Source: Octopus vulgaris (Eukaryota). From it: 64,000 bases of DNA. The stretch is taken from contig OX597815.1 of the NCBI GenBank assembly GCA_951406725.2, positions 177,134,001 to 177,198,000 of the forward strand, in the 5' to 3' direction. Positions 37,228 through 50,929 of this stretch are shown here, one piece after another. The notes below the pieces were generated by a model. The model was not told the DNA's origin. It saw only the letters and a program-made list of their open reading frames with translations, and made no database searches. The position numbers were made by a program, and so were the translations under genes. Within the stretch, counting starts at the first letter, position 1; every line of letters begins with the position of its first letter.

Positions 37228-38565
37228 TCAGTTGATCGTTCTAGTCTTCAAAATGGGCAACAAGTGCCAGGCAGCGAATTGCCGACCTCTCTCCCTTACT
37301 TCTCATCTCATCAAATTATTTGAGAGAGTGGTGCGATCTAGATTGACTCACTTCCTGGGAAAGCAATAAGCTGCCAGTACTCAACCAGTTTCCGCAATTG
37401 CTGGGCTTGCCTTACACTGCTTCTACATCATTTCGACGATATCCTAAAGGCCTTGTGTGAGGGATCCAATGCAGATGTCAAACATCTTGACTTCAGCAAG
37501 GCGTTTGAAAATTTACAACATCATCTTGTTAAAAAAACTCTTCAGTATTTTTAGGCCCACTACTGTTCCTTATTTACATAAATGACATCATCAGAGTCAT
37601 TAAATACGGTAATATAAAAATTTTCGCAGATGTCTAAGCTTTTGAAGGTTGTCGATAGAATGGGAGACCGGACAAATCTTCAATCGTAGTTGCTATTATC
37701 CAATGGGCACAGAATCATAATATGCAACTGAACGAGAACAAGTTTGAATTAATCCACTTTGGTAAAGAGGCTGCACTTAACCTTATATTCTTCCTCCAGG
37801 CGAACACTTCACGGCATCAAACACGACTAAGGACCTCGGTATGACTGGTGATGATAACTTAAGTTGGAGTGTCCACATAAACAAGGAAGTCAACATGACC
37901 CGCAGGGCGTGATCCTGGAGGATCAGGACTTTCCAGTCTAGACATGTTCCAACCTTTATCCTTTTTTCTACATTCGTCTGCCCCCGCCTTGAATACTGTT
38001 GTCAGCTATGGTCTCCCTACACGAGCCAGAATATTAAAAAGCTTGAAGCAACCCAGAGATCAACTACAAAATAACTGATGGCATGTCTGGTCTTAATTCC
38101 TGGGATCGACTTGCGAATCCCAAACCGTGTTCTCTCCATCGCCGCCGAAAGCGCTTCATTATTTGTAGGATGGGAAATTGTGGAAAATGATAACGGTATC
38201 ACTTTTAAGATCCACGCAGGGATTGGTCCCTGTGCCATGCGTCCTCTACAGAAATCATGCTCTCAGCACATCACAACACTAAGACAGAACTACTTCTCCT
38301 CAACTGGACCTGCTCCTTTTAACATCATCCCAAAACATATAAAGGAGGAAAAAAGATTTCATAACCTTCAAAAATTTCCTGGATGAATATCTCCAACAAA
38401 TTCCAAATAAACCACCTACAACCGGATATATTGCTACAAACAACAACTCTTTAATCGAATGGGCAATGGTGTCTAAAAATAACTATAATGTTTTTTCCAC
38501 GTCGTACTATTAAGTTAGCTATGGCCTGGGCCAATGGGGCCGAAACCTATCTAAGTATCTAAATA
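37228..38565 (+). mobile_element. CR1-clade LINE, 5'-truncated RT pseudogene
   Basis: RPLSLTSHLIKLFERVV, HLDFSKAF, LGPLLFLIYINDI, IFAD, KDLG, RLEYCCQLWSP; tail tatctaagtatctaa. Confidence 0.9.
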
Positions 38566-38594
38566 TATGTATGCATATATATACATATATATAC

Positions 38595-38629
<35 letters not shown>

Positions 38630-38959
38630 CGCGCGTCTGTATTAGCAGGCGTTCCACTGTGTCACACATGCATTGTTTCTCTACGCTGCAATGAGTGGGC
38701 TTTCCTTCAACTGCTCTACTCCAAATTGTAATTATATTGTCTCATAAAATTGACTTTCTCATATAAAATTATAAATGCTGCAAGTTAGGCATGCCGTACA
38801 TCACGTGTATGTATATGATGTGTTTGTGTGAGTATTTGTTAATATCGATCGAGACAATCACTGAAGTTCTATCGTTCAAATTACGCACATGCACACAGAC
38901 AGCACACTCGAACACAAATGCACATGTATATGTGGACCTCTGTGTATGTGTGTTGGGTG

Positions 38960-39022
<63 letters not shown>

Positions 39023-39434
39023 TGATGAAATAAATATGAAATAAAGTTATTTGGTGATTTTTATCCGTACAGTTTGCATCTCGAAATAATATTTTTTTCC
39101 GATATCAATTCTTGAACAATCTTGTATTTGTACTTCTATATTTTCTCGCCCTTCTGTTTCTTTGCTAAGGTCAATAAAACTAATAGATACCCAGTGTCAT
39201 CACCTGCAATTGTCCAAATAACATTAGTTTAAAACGATTTGTTTTTCCCTAGTTCTACAGCTACTTAGGGTTACAGGTTTTTTTTCTATTCCTCCCTGAC
39301 AGTTGCTTACGGTTAGTTTTTCTTTTTTCATCCTGCATGTATACAATAATTTAAACATTAGATTTGATTGTCATTTTCAACAAGATCTAAGCAAACAAAT
39401 AATCACATGGTTAAAACAGAAAGACAGCAATGAT

Positions 39435-39778
39435 AATAAGAGAACTCAGAGAGAGCAAACCTCCGCCAAAGCAACACCAACATCATCTCAACGATTAGCC
39501 AGCGATGATTTTTAAAATGAGAATATCTGAAATAAACTCGACTGCACTCACAAACGAAAATAATAAAAATGAACCCGACTGTTATCAAAAATTGAGTAGA
39601 AATACAGGAAAAAATAATCCAGAATCCTTATCCGGTAGCGGATCGATCCCAAAATTTAATCGGTTCGTGCCAATTACGAAGCCAAACATTCGAATCTATC
39701 CAGCGGTTCTTGAGATATCCTGTTCACGAACAAACACAACTGAAAACAATACCTTGGCCTTCGCGAAGGCGGAGATAA
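39435..39778 (-). mobile_element. Helentron-type non-autonomous element (HINE/DINE-like)
   Basis: Subterminal inverted repeats ctccgcc (39461) and ggcggag (39768); palindrome gccttcgcgaaggc at one end; A/T-run insertion site. Confidence 0.6.
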
Positions 39779-41075
39779 CAAAAAAAAAAGAAAAAGATAA
39801 ACAGATTTCAGAGAAGTTAAAACAGATAAATACTGTATTGGGTATAAAATGATTTTGTTCAATATCAATTGTGTATAAAATGAGAAAACATCAGTCATGG
39901 AAGAGGTGATATGTTTTGATTAAATTTTGATTCATTAAAGAAATCATTCATCACAGCAGATAATATACTCTGCCTTAACAGCTTAATCTTGACGAAGTAG
40001 GAAGCTATATGATCGCGTAGGAGGCGTGTTTGCTTTCCATGGATGTGCCATTTGTTAATAACATATTCATACAGTTTGGCAGGGCTTACATTCAGGCATA
40101 ATATCCGTCGAAAGGTAAAAGACGAACATTTAGTAACAAGCTAGTGAATTGGATTAGGCTCTCGACTTTCCGTTCCTTATTACTTCTGTGGTTTAACTTA
40201 TCGCGCTGCCGCGAAGTAGTCCTTGTATCTTGCAAGAAATTTATCAATGCCGCGATGAATTATGTTTTCATTCTTTACATAATACTTGTTAACACGTGTG
40301 TGTATGCGTGTCTGTGTGAGAGAGAGAAGATATACTCGTGTGAGCGTTAGAGTGTATTTGTGCATATTTTGTGACTGTGAAAATGTCGAATTTACATTTC
40401 GACCTTTATGTGGACGATCAAATAATTGCTGAATTGAATGTCGTGACAAACCCTTAAAGTTAGTGTTCCTGCATGTTAGTAATCGAACGATTAAAATCTG
40501 TAAATGAATGAAATATTAAAATAGCGTCTTTAACTAAAAAGAGAATTTCACGTGACACGGAAACCTTTTTACGCGAATAAAGAATTCCAAGCGATGAGAA
40601 CAGAGAAAATTTTGTTCCAGATGACATTTACTATAGATTTCGGCTATTCTGTCACCAGAAGAACGGAAGAGAATTAAGTCAACTCAGGCAATAATTAGAG
40701 AAACGCATATTTCATTCATATTGCTAACGATTCTTTATGATAACATTTTCCCCAACAGGTTAGATAAGGTTGATAAAAGTATGAGTGACTCTTATAAATA
40801 AATTCAATAGAGATATTCCTTAAAACAACCAAACTTCTTTCCTAAGCTAAACTAGAAGCTTTGAAATCATTATTTATGCTCATAAATCAACATTAATTAA
40901 ATTCAACGTCATCACTTTGCTATAGAGATATACATTAGATTTAAGTGTCTCCGCACATCCGTTTTATAACAAGTCTTTTCTTAGCAGTAAGACCAGTAAA
41001 TTTGTTTTATGTAAATGCAAGAAAAGGTCAGGACATGCTGGCGTGCATGTGTACACACACACACACACACATACA

Positions 41076-41109
<34 letters not shown>

Positions 41110-41395
41110 AATAAATACATATATATATAAATACATAAATATATAAATACATAAATATATAAATACATAAATATATATATATATATATATATAAATTGTG
41201 AAACTAGTTTTGTATTGACCACAGTAACTAATGAAATAGACTTCATCTATCTCGCTCGCCTTACATCATTTTCATACCAAGGAGTAAAATCCGATTGCTT
41301 TTATCTTATTTATATTTTAAAAACTACGGCCATTCAACACGTTGGAAGTCGGCTTTAACTGCTCTTTCTCCCCCCTCTCTCTCTCTCCATCTATC

Positions 41396-41426
<31 letters not shown>

Positions 41427-41683
41427 AACAATACGGAGCAGTCATCATATTCCCTTGGTACCCTTGTGTATATATAGGTACCCTTGTGTATATATGTACA
41501 TATCTAATATTGTATGTATATATTTTATTAATTTGCCTGTACGGCTGATAATTCGCTTACCACTATGATGGTATTTTAATAATACCATCTCTATATTTAT
41601 ATATATATATATATATAAACATTAAATTAAAATTTATATATATATAAAGAAACATTAAATTAAAACGTATATATATATATATG

Positions 41684-41736
<53 letters not shown>

Positions 41737-42002
41737 AACATTAAATTAAAATTTATATATATATATATATATAATATCCCTCGAATGAATTTGCGTTTGC
41801 TTAACGACAATGTAACCTTCATTTGTCTAAGGTATCTTCGGCCTGATGAGCAGCTAGCAGAGTACCGCTTGTTCATTAATCATTATCACTTCTAGATATC
41901 AGCTAGCGAGGAAACATAAGTCACCTGGATTTTACCTGCTCCATTCAGTCACCCCAGCATGGCCGCAGTCTAATGACTGTAACGACTATAGGATAAAAGA
42001 TA

Positions 42003-42122
42003 CAAAAATGTTGTTGAGAGTGACGTTGAAGTTTCAGTCAGCTGAGCCATCGTCGAATTGCAGACCGGCGATCGCCTCGTCCCCTAGCTGAAACATGAAA
42101 GTCACTGTCAACAACATTTTTG
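42003..42122. repeat. 120-nt imperfect hairpin
   Basis: 15-bp perfect outer stem caaaaatgttgttga/tcaacaacatttttg, then agtgac/gtcact, gtttcag/ctgaaac, atcgtcg/cggcgat. Confidence 0.85.
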
Positions 42123-42222
42123 AAGAAGAAGAAATTTGTACAAAACTGTAGGGAAACGCTTCAGATTAATGTGAAATTGTTTTTCATTATAACTGATCCT
42201 AAACACAAACATTAATGTGTGC

Positions 42223-42280
<58 letters not shown>

Positions 42281-42363
42281 ACATATGTATATACATACAG
42301 ACACATACATATACATATATATGTATTATATATTGTTAGATTGTAAGACAGACAAGCATGTCC

Positions 42364-43759
42364 TGTTGTTTTCTAAATATTAGTAAATGTTCTGAATTGC
42401 ATGAGAGATCTTTAAGCAGAGCATTAGCATATCTGATAATTTTATATTGAAATTAAAAAACAGAACAACATAACGTGTTATAAATTCTCTATTATATTGT
42501 CAACATTTACTTTTCCCTTACAAAACGCATGTTCGTCTCACTTGTCAAGCACGATTAAGATATCCACATACATACAGTGAACCACTTTCTTGAACCATTA
42601 ACATGCAAGTACCGTTTTGCGCACTGAAGTTCTTATAACTTACACAGCCGCACCATTTGTAGTAATAATCCATTTCCTGTTACAATCTTGCTGTAGTTTA
42701 TTGATATAAAATACTTCTCTGTGTCAACTGACATTAAAATAACTTTTCATTGCTCATTGATGAGTCGTCTTAAACTTGAAATACCAAGTGTGCCAATGTT
42801 TTAATAACCTGTACTTGAAGATTCTATAAAATGAGCTTGGAGCAAATTATAGGTTTCCATAATGGCTTTGCTCGCTGCTGGTGGACCGTATCATTGATTG
42901 TTTATCATATAATGCACAAAAAAATTTGTTAATGATAAGAGTGCAGAAGAATGAACGTACCGATAAGTAGCACGGAAGTGTGAGACTAAATATTTTTCGA
43001 AAAGTTTTCTTTGCTTTGATGTGCTCTACACCTGATGCTAGAGTTCGCTGTTATGCTTCAAGTTACCAATATTAATCACACTCCATTGAATTTACTACTT
43101 GTAATACAATATCGTTATAAGAAAATACAAAATCGATCTCAATAGTTTTGTATCAAGAAATGAGAAGTAAGTAAATGGTTTTATAAGACCAACAGATCTT
43201 AAAAAGATATTTAAAGTTTTAGAATTATTTTTCATGATTTCATGCAAGTAATATATTATTTGAATTAATTTTAATTAAAAGTGTTTTTCAAAATATGCCT
43301 CACATCTAGCATATATAGCTACTACTAATTCATATACTATAAAATTTAGTGTAGATTATCGGAGTGCCGAGATCACCCGTTAAACGTTATGTCTATATTT
43401 GAGTGCATGAAATTTCATTTTAAGAGCGACAAGGATTCTTGTGGTTAGAGGAAATGGATTTTTACTACAAATGGTGCGTCTGTGTAAGTTATAAGAATGT
43501 TAGTGCGCAAAACGGTACCTGACTGTTAATGTTTCAAGAAAGTGGTTCACTGTATGTATGTGGATATCTTAATCGTGCTTGACAAGTGAGACGATCATGC
43601 GTTTTGGGGAAGAAAATGTTGACATTATGATAGAGAATTTATAACATGTTATGTTATTCGGTTTTTTTAATTTCAATATAAAATTATCAGATATGCTAAT
43701 GCTCTGCTTAAAGATCTCTCATGCAATTCAGAACATTTACTAATATTTAGAAAACAACA
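42364..43759. repeat. Long inverted repeat: ~315-bp arms (42364-42677 and 43449-43759), ~770-bp spacer
   Basis: The outer ~97 bp read as exact reverse complements; the inner part has scattered mismatches and indels. Confidence 0.95.
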
Positions 43760-44899
43760 ACAACACGTTAATGTGATTCTTTTTTGCTGCATTTTATACA
43801 GTTAGGATTAAAAATCTAAAATGGCACAATCAAACTCATATCTTTAGGTATCTAATATTTACTATTAGCTTCAAGTAGAAAATGGACATCATTTATGGAC
43901 TACTTGATAATAACTTTTGCTCTGTTTCTGTACTTTAAAAGTTACAAGATTAGCAGTTATAGTGTATGCATGCTACGCACTAGTAAATATTGGAATACCT
44001 CTGAGAAAAGGCTAATGGCTGTCATAGAGTCAGTAACAAGTGACGGGTTACATTGTAATTAAGTTTGTAAAGCCTTTGGCATGTTTCATGCCTAATGACA
44101 TAGAGGGACCTCTATAAGAAGCTTTTAAATCTTCATATTAATAAATGAAAAAACATTTTAGATGTGAGATATTATTATGCATTGCCATGGGAATAGCATC
44201 TTAGCAAGACATTCAATATTCGCTTTCGATTAAATAAAACAACTTTTTAACTCCTGGATAGAGGACAACTTTATGCAAGCGAGATTTTCATGTTTTCGCC
44301 AATCTCATTTGCTTTTATAGAAAACGATGACACGTACCTCAAGGGATTAAAATATTTATATCTTAATGGAATTTTGATTTTCTTTCCCTGCTTATCAAAC
44401 AAGTCTTACGATAAAATGATAGGATAGAATAGCGGCCAAAGTACTTTTCAAAAATTGTAAGTTACTACTGGCAACTACAATATACAACGTAAGAAGCAAA
44501 AGCTATAACAACAACAATATCAATTAATGGAATATCTCTTTTTATATCAGGTATGAAAACATTGAGATCGCTGCATATACGGATATAACTTACACGTCCT
44601 TGGCTTGTTTACATGTCTGCTAATATTTCGGGTCACCGATGAGCTTTTTCAGTATCAAACCAGGATAAGCTCAATATGTATAACAAATAACTCTGTCATA
44701 GACTGGTTTAAGATGAGAGCGTCTACATGTAAAATAAGTTCAAAGGGTAACTGAAGGTATTTAACAATGTGGTTTTACGAGGGTCGGCAGGGTGATTTTA
44801 TCAGAAAAAAATCAATGAGATTATTAATCTTGCTGGAAAAGACACACATATATATATATATAATGCTCTCTCTCTCTCTCTGTATGTATATATATATAT

Positions 44900-45055
44900 A
44901 GTTGAAATTTGCGAAGAAACAAAAGACGAAACCGGGTGTATAAACAAGAAACAAATGTATTCTTTTAACCCTTGGGAAGTGAGAAAGTCTTTTACGTTTC
45001 GAGCCTACACGCTTCAATAGAAAGGAACACAGAAATAAACATAGAGAGAAAATAT
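44900..45055 (-). mobile_element. Short PLE-terminal-like repeat with HHR-like motif at 44989-45024
   Basis: Reverse complement of the 62940-63102 family; adjacent to TA repeats. Confidence 0.65.
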
Positions 45056-45548
45056 AAAAAAAAACAAGTTTAGTGGCTAGCGATCAATCCTGGGGAATCA
45101 TATATATAATATATACACACATGCACGCCGCGCCTATTAAATGGACGGAGAACTCCATGTTTGTAGTAGGAAACGTTATAGAAGTGGGTGTTTAGTGAAT
45201 ACTTAGTTTCTGGGGTTTAAAAAGACCCCCGGGTCGAGCGACATTCTTAGGATTCTTACCCTTTCTGCCAAGGAAACTTACATAGTTTCCTCCCGTTTAT
45301 ATAAGGTACGGGTCGTTCAAAGAGCTTTCATATATTTATGCATAGGGTTCTTTCCTTTTTTAAGCATTATACACTGCTGGCCAGGGACGTGTTGTTGCGA
45401 TATTCAGGTATTCTAAAAGAAGACTCGTGGTTGTTCAGAGTTTAAAGCGACGTACATACAATGCTCTCGTTAAGTTTATTACATTTCTTTCATAATCTTT
45501 TGTAGCCCACACACACATGTATGTATGCACGTATGTATGCACGTATGC

Positions 45549-45588
<40 letters not shown>

Positions 45589-45589
45589 G

Positions 45590-46447
45590 TGATGCAACGC
45601 ACTTTGCATCTTTGCATGTTCTTGGACTTCCTGTTCGTAAACATCAAGAATGGTTTAGTGATAACACAAATGTCCAACAGTTAATAGATAAAATGCACAG
45701 CTCTCACAAAACATGGATAAATGATAAGTGCTCATCCGTAAAAGAGAATGCTTATAAGAAATGCAGAGGCCAGGCCCAACATGCTCTTAGACAGACGGAG
45801 GCTTGGTGGTCTTCCAAGGTTACTGAACTCCAAGAAGATGCTGATAGAAAGGATTCTAAATCCTTTTATGATGGCCTCAAGAGCACGGTGTTACTCCTAT
45901 ATTTTAATCTAATAGATAGACACGGTTGACTGAGAAATGTGACATCCTGAAACGATACGGAAAGATCACTTTGAAGCCCTGTTTAACTCCACCTCAGTCA
46001 TTAATGATGATGTCATAATGTCTATTCCACAGCAAGCTGAAATACCGGAATTGTCTCTGGAGCCAACGTTCCTAGAAGTGGTAAACTAGTTAAACGTATA
46101 TCTTCAGGTAAAGCGATTGGCAGAGATGTTGTCCCTCCTGAAGTCTATAAGCATGGTGGACAGAATCTTTTTAAGAAATTGCATGACCCCTTCATTAATA
46201 TTTAGATTGTAGGACGTGTAGCACAGGTCTTGAAGGAAGCCTCTATTCAACATCTTTATAAGAACAAAAAGAAACAGAAGTGTTTGTGATACTCATCGTG
46301 CGATATCACTTCTGTCTATTGCTGGTAAGATTCTTGCTCGACTCATTGTGGACAGGATCATCAAACACACTGTAAATGATATCTATCCAGAATCACAGTG
46401 CGGATTTCGCTTTGGTTGTGGCACTATCGACATGATCGTTTCTCTTA
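45590..46447 (+). mobile_element. RTE-clade LINE internal fragment (linker plus RT N-terminus)
   Basis: RKHQEWF, WWSSKVTELQEDAD..DSKSFYDGLK, SSGKAIGRDVVPPEVYKHGG, HRAISLLSIAGKILAR, PESQCGFR..GTIDMI. Confidence 0.9.
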
Positions 46448-46449
46448 AT

Positions 46450-48190
46450 TTCCAAATTAATATATGGCTCGAACCTCCACGAATATCAACTAGAAAACAG
46501 AAAACGTTACTCAGATGACTGTATTATCCTATGGACGCACACATTTGAAAAAATCGTATAGATTTCAAAAATCTAATCAACAGCATAAACAATAATATTA
46601 ACTTTACCATGGAATACAGTAAAATTCAACTACCATTCTTGGATATACTTGAAACAGATTTTCACTACAAACAAACAGATTCTAAACAATACTTACTGTT
46701 CTCCTCATGCCATCCCAAACACACGACGAATAATATCTCCTTTAATCTAGCATGAAGAATCTGCACAATTGTCTCAAACCCTGAATCTCGCAATAAAAGA
46801 CAACAGGAACTAAAGCAAGTACTACTTAAAAGACAATATCCATTAATGTCAACAGACAACGGAATAGAACGTGCCAAAGCAATAAATATCGCAGAACCAG
46901 AGAAAAAAAAGGAACAACAACGCTCCAGAAACATCCAATAATCTACGCTTTATTACAATACATAACCCAAGAAACACAGGGTTATATAATATTATCCACC
47001 AGAACAAACCACTACTACAACAAGACGCAAGAATCAAACAAGCATTCGAAATACACAAAATAGGCAAAAGTAAAAGACAATCAGTCTCTCAAAAAATTCT
47101 TCACTAGTGCTACATTACATTCCACAATTCCTTCACCAACAGTCAAAAAGTGTGGCTGCCCTTAATTGCGGGACCTGCATCAACCTTATTAAAGACACAA
47201 CACACAAATTAAAATCAGGACAATCTTTTACCGTAAAAAGTAACTTTACATGTTCTTCAAGGAATTTAATATACGCTATCAGATGTCAAGGGTGTAATGA
47301 AGATTATTTATGTCAAACAAAGCTTACTCTAAGAAAGAGACTGACAATTTACTGACAACAAATACGAGAACCCATTACCAGACGGATTCCACTGAGTGAA
47401 CACATAGACATATGTGCAAAAAATAAGTCCTCCACATTACAAGTCTTCTCACTCTACCTATGTTCAGCGAATACCACAGATGAGGCACAGATAACCAAAA
47501 AAATTACTTTCAAACAAAGGTACAAACCAAGGCTTAAAAATATTTTACAGAGTACATACACGAATAACTCTTCACACACAAAACTCATTCTGTCACTTAT
47601 GAGGAACCTACACAACTAACAATTTAAGCTTTAGGACTAAATAACAGCAACTCCTGTCCACTCTCACGCCAGACTGACAAAATTTTGGAATGCCTTGATT
47701 ATAACTAAATATATTCACTCAAGCGTGGCGGTCTTCTTTTGAAGAGCAAAATATACTGTCACGTGACACTAACGTGGCGGGAAACATACAAAAATTATAA
47801 ACTTAAGTGTTTTCTACAAACGGCAGAAAATATTCACAGTCTTGATTATCTGGACAACCGTGACAGCCTTAACTTACGACGCCAAACATTGTCACTTGAT
47901 ACTAACACACAGACGTAGCGGGGAACCTACAAAAATTTCTAATACTAGTTATATGACTATCTTCTACCAATCAAATCCTATTCAAAACATACTAATTTGA
48001 TCCATGGTCTCCCTACAAAAGTAGGGCAAGCTTCAAACACTAGTCAGAAGCAAGGCAGCTGCGACATAAGCCACGTCTTTCTATTTGAACATTTTGAAAA
48101 TCACTGTAAACTCTGAAACCGGTTAAAGCTTTAAATGTATTGATAATAAAATATTTTAACTATTCTCAGTTCATTTTCAACTGAGATTTA
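46450..48190 (+). mobile_element. Penelope-like element, 5'-truncated: RT C-terminus, GIY-YIG endonuclease and 3' terminal region
   Basis: RYSDDCII, INFTME...LPFLDI, YKQTDSKQYLLFSSCHP, CGTC, FTCSSRNLIYAIRCQGCNEDYLCQT..LRKRL; ends at (TA)n; degenerate HHR tt-TTGAAAA..GAAACCGGTTAAAG at 48091-48129. Confidence 0.92.
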
Positions 48191-48421
48191 TATATATATA
48201 TATATATATATATGAGCAATAATAAATCTCTGAGCGAGGTATAAACAGTAGCTGCACGACATCGTAAAGCATATTTCCCATCTAAATGTGGCTAACACTT
48301 AAGGATTGATGCTACTGTAGCTTGTAGCCCCAGGAAGACAATTCATCCAGCTGGCTATTGACACTCTTTCTGTGCCCTATCAGTATTTGCAAAGGGAAGT
48401 CATCTTTCCCATCTCCAACCT

Positions 48422-48465
<44 letters not shown>

Positions 48466-48516
48466 GTGTGTGTATATGTGTATTTATATAAATATATATG
48501 TGTGTGTGTATATATT

Positions 48517-48549
<33 letters not shown>

Positions 48550-49728
48550 TGAATGCATAAATAAAGTATTTTATATATTATTTTGCGCTATAGACTGAAG
48601 GCTGATTGATTTCGGGTGCGTCGGTGGTTGAATTTAATTAATCGATATTTTGATCGATTGAAAACATAGTAAACCATTATTGGGGTATCTTTGTTAGAGC
48701 CCAGCGTATCAACTGCTAAAGAAGGGGGAGGATAAGGAAGAGAAGAAAAATAAAATAAAAAAGGAAAGGGAGAGGAGGAAGTATGCCACTGTTATATCTA
48801 CATTAAGTTATTGTTCTCTCTTTCCACGGTTGACATGTATTAACATGGAGCATCGAAGTTTAATACCCAATAACCTTTTTAGTGACTGGCTTGTTACCGA
48901 ATTATACAATGCGCGCGTGTGTTTTGTTGTGTGTGTGCGCATGTGCGTGGTGTGCTTTTGTACGTATATATGTATTTATGTATGTATTTATATATATATT
49001 TATGTATGTACAGGCGAATATATAGATAGCTAGATAGATAATGCATACATACATACATACATACATACATACCTACAAACATAGATATGCTAGGTGAGTA
49101 CAGCTATAGATTGAGTCGTTTCATAACATCAGATTGAGGCCAACCTAAGTTCAGAGATATATATCGCTATTCCTGAATGCCTGAATAAGTTCATCTCATC
49201 ACTTATAACAATGTTTACACTTGGCAATTAATTCAGGTTTCATTAGTTTATAAGTCTGAAGATATTCCTTTTTACACCCGGATTCATATAGAATTAGTCA
49301 GAAAGTGTTACAGTTCCAAACAAACACGTAATAGGAAGAATAAATTGCATGTTTTGAAGTTTATTGCGGATGTTAAGGCTGATGGTGATAATACTTTTGT
49401 TGCTGTGCCTCAAACGATAATAAATCTCCTGCGTACTACATGTTCAAATTAGAAATAGAAACATACAGCTACTCAATATACATGAAAGGGGAAAAGAAAA
49501 CAGAAGAAAATGTAAACGAAAAATAATGGCTATTGATTTCAGTTCTAATCCGGAAAAGTCAATGTTTAAAATTTCTGTCCGAGTAATATTTATCTAATAA
49601 CAGCTGAATAAAGATATGCTCTACGTGTACAATAACAGCGCACCATCATATAGCAATTAATAACATGGTTTGAGTATATGGAAATAAGCTACACAAATAT
49701 GGCCTGCTCGCCATTGAATACACATGTA

Positions 49729-49775
<47 letters not shown>

Positions 49776-50433
49776 ATACAAGTAAATGAATCTATCATCT
49801 GTGTGTATATGTATATAGATATATATACATATACACAGAGCTGATAGATTGATTTACTTTATATATATCTATATATATCTGTACGTTTTATCTGTATGTA
49901 TGCATATATGTTTCTCGTATATTTTGCGTAGATATGCATGTGTAAGGATATGAGAGAGACAATATGTGTGAGAATACCTAGTCTATACAGTGACACGGAA
50001 GCTCATGCATGCATAATTTCGCATATACACACTCACACAAACACACATCTATGCATATATGGCTTTTTTATCTTTTTGTTTGCAAGTAGACGTTATCTGA
50101 TATCGATTATTGAAACATAATTGTTGCCTCGAAAGAATTAATATCCTTATCAATATTTAAAGCAGAAGTGCTATTATAATGCATTTCCATATTCACCTGT
50201 AACTTTACATTCCCGCCCAATTAAAACAGCAATATTTCCAATGGGTGATGCTTGCATTCGGTAATACGTTTTCATTGTACTACAGAATAACCTAATTTTC
50301 CTTACTTGATAAATTCATAGTTACTGTTTTGAATGTCCGATTTCAAATGTCATCGTAAACACGTTTGTGTGCATGTAGTACATACTATATATATATATGT
50401 AAAAGTAATGTGTGACAATTATTCGGTAGCCAT

Positions 50434-50494
50434 GATAAAACTCCGAGCTTCGAATGCCGAGGTGAAAATCCACGCCGCTGTCTCTTCAGTTATC
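50434..50494 (-). ncRNA. HHR-like motif, same family as 26609-26669, GAAA changed to GAAG
   Basis: GATAA-CTGAAGA-(stem II)-GAAG-CTCgGAG-TT-TTATC. Confidence 0.6.
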
Positions 50495-50540
50495 CGGCCA
50501 TCGGAAAACATTATATATATATATATATATATATATATAG

Positions 50541-50584
<44 letters not shown>

Positions 50585-50662
50585 GATATGAAATACTGCA
50601 ATAATTAATGAGAAGTAGATCATTGGTGTTTTAAAGTCATTATTTAATTAAAATGAGAGTAT

Positions 50663-50739
50663 ATTTACAGCTGTTTCTATTTATCAGAATGGGATAAATT
50701 TGCATTTATCTCGTTACAATTGATAAACATCTTCAGAAC
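50663..50739 (-). ncRNA. Type I hammerhead ribozyme with long stem II
   Basis: GTT-CTGAAGA-TGTTTATCA..GATAAATgcaaATTTATC..TGATAAATA-GAAA-CAGCTG-TA-AAT; palindromic stem III. Confidence 0.7.
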
Positions 50740-50929
50740 GATTATATGGCGAAGATAAATAGAAGGTAAAATTGAAAGAAAAACAGAAGGAAAAGAAAGG
50801 AAAATGTTAATTCAATAGTGTTACATTTTAGTGACTTACACATCTATCCCTTAGACGGTTGCATAAACTCTAACATATCTTACACAATATATATATATGT
50901 ATGTTGAGTGTTTGAGGTGATAGGACAAA

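Noticed and set aside
33644-37369. Long ORFs rich in YI/HT/VC dipeptides, here and throughout the window
   Set aside because: Translations of (TA)n, (CA)n and (TG)n microsatellites, which lack stop codons
39240-39305. Polypyrimidine-AG splice-acceptor-like sites (also ~40745-40760)
   Set aside because: No convincing downstream coding exon with a donor site; cannot be supported without RNA data
41838-41870. CTGATGA followed by a small hairpin
   Set aside because: No GAAA and no stem I or III pairing
42755-42790. TTGATGA...GAAA in the foldback spacer
   Set aside because: Stem II has only 2 bp and there is no credible stem III, cleavage triplet or stem I
45125-45440. GC-richer block resembling a solo LTR (similar unexplained block at ~24265-24500)
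   Set aside because: No TG...CA termini, TSD or second copy could be identified
48612-48665. CTGAAGG-stem-GAAT motif
   Set aside because: Two core mismatches and no stem I; too degenerate to support
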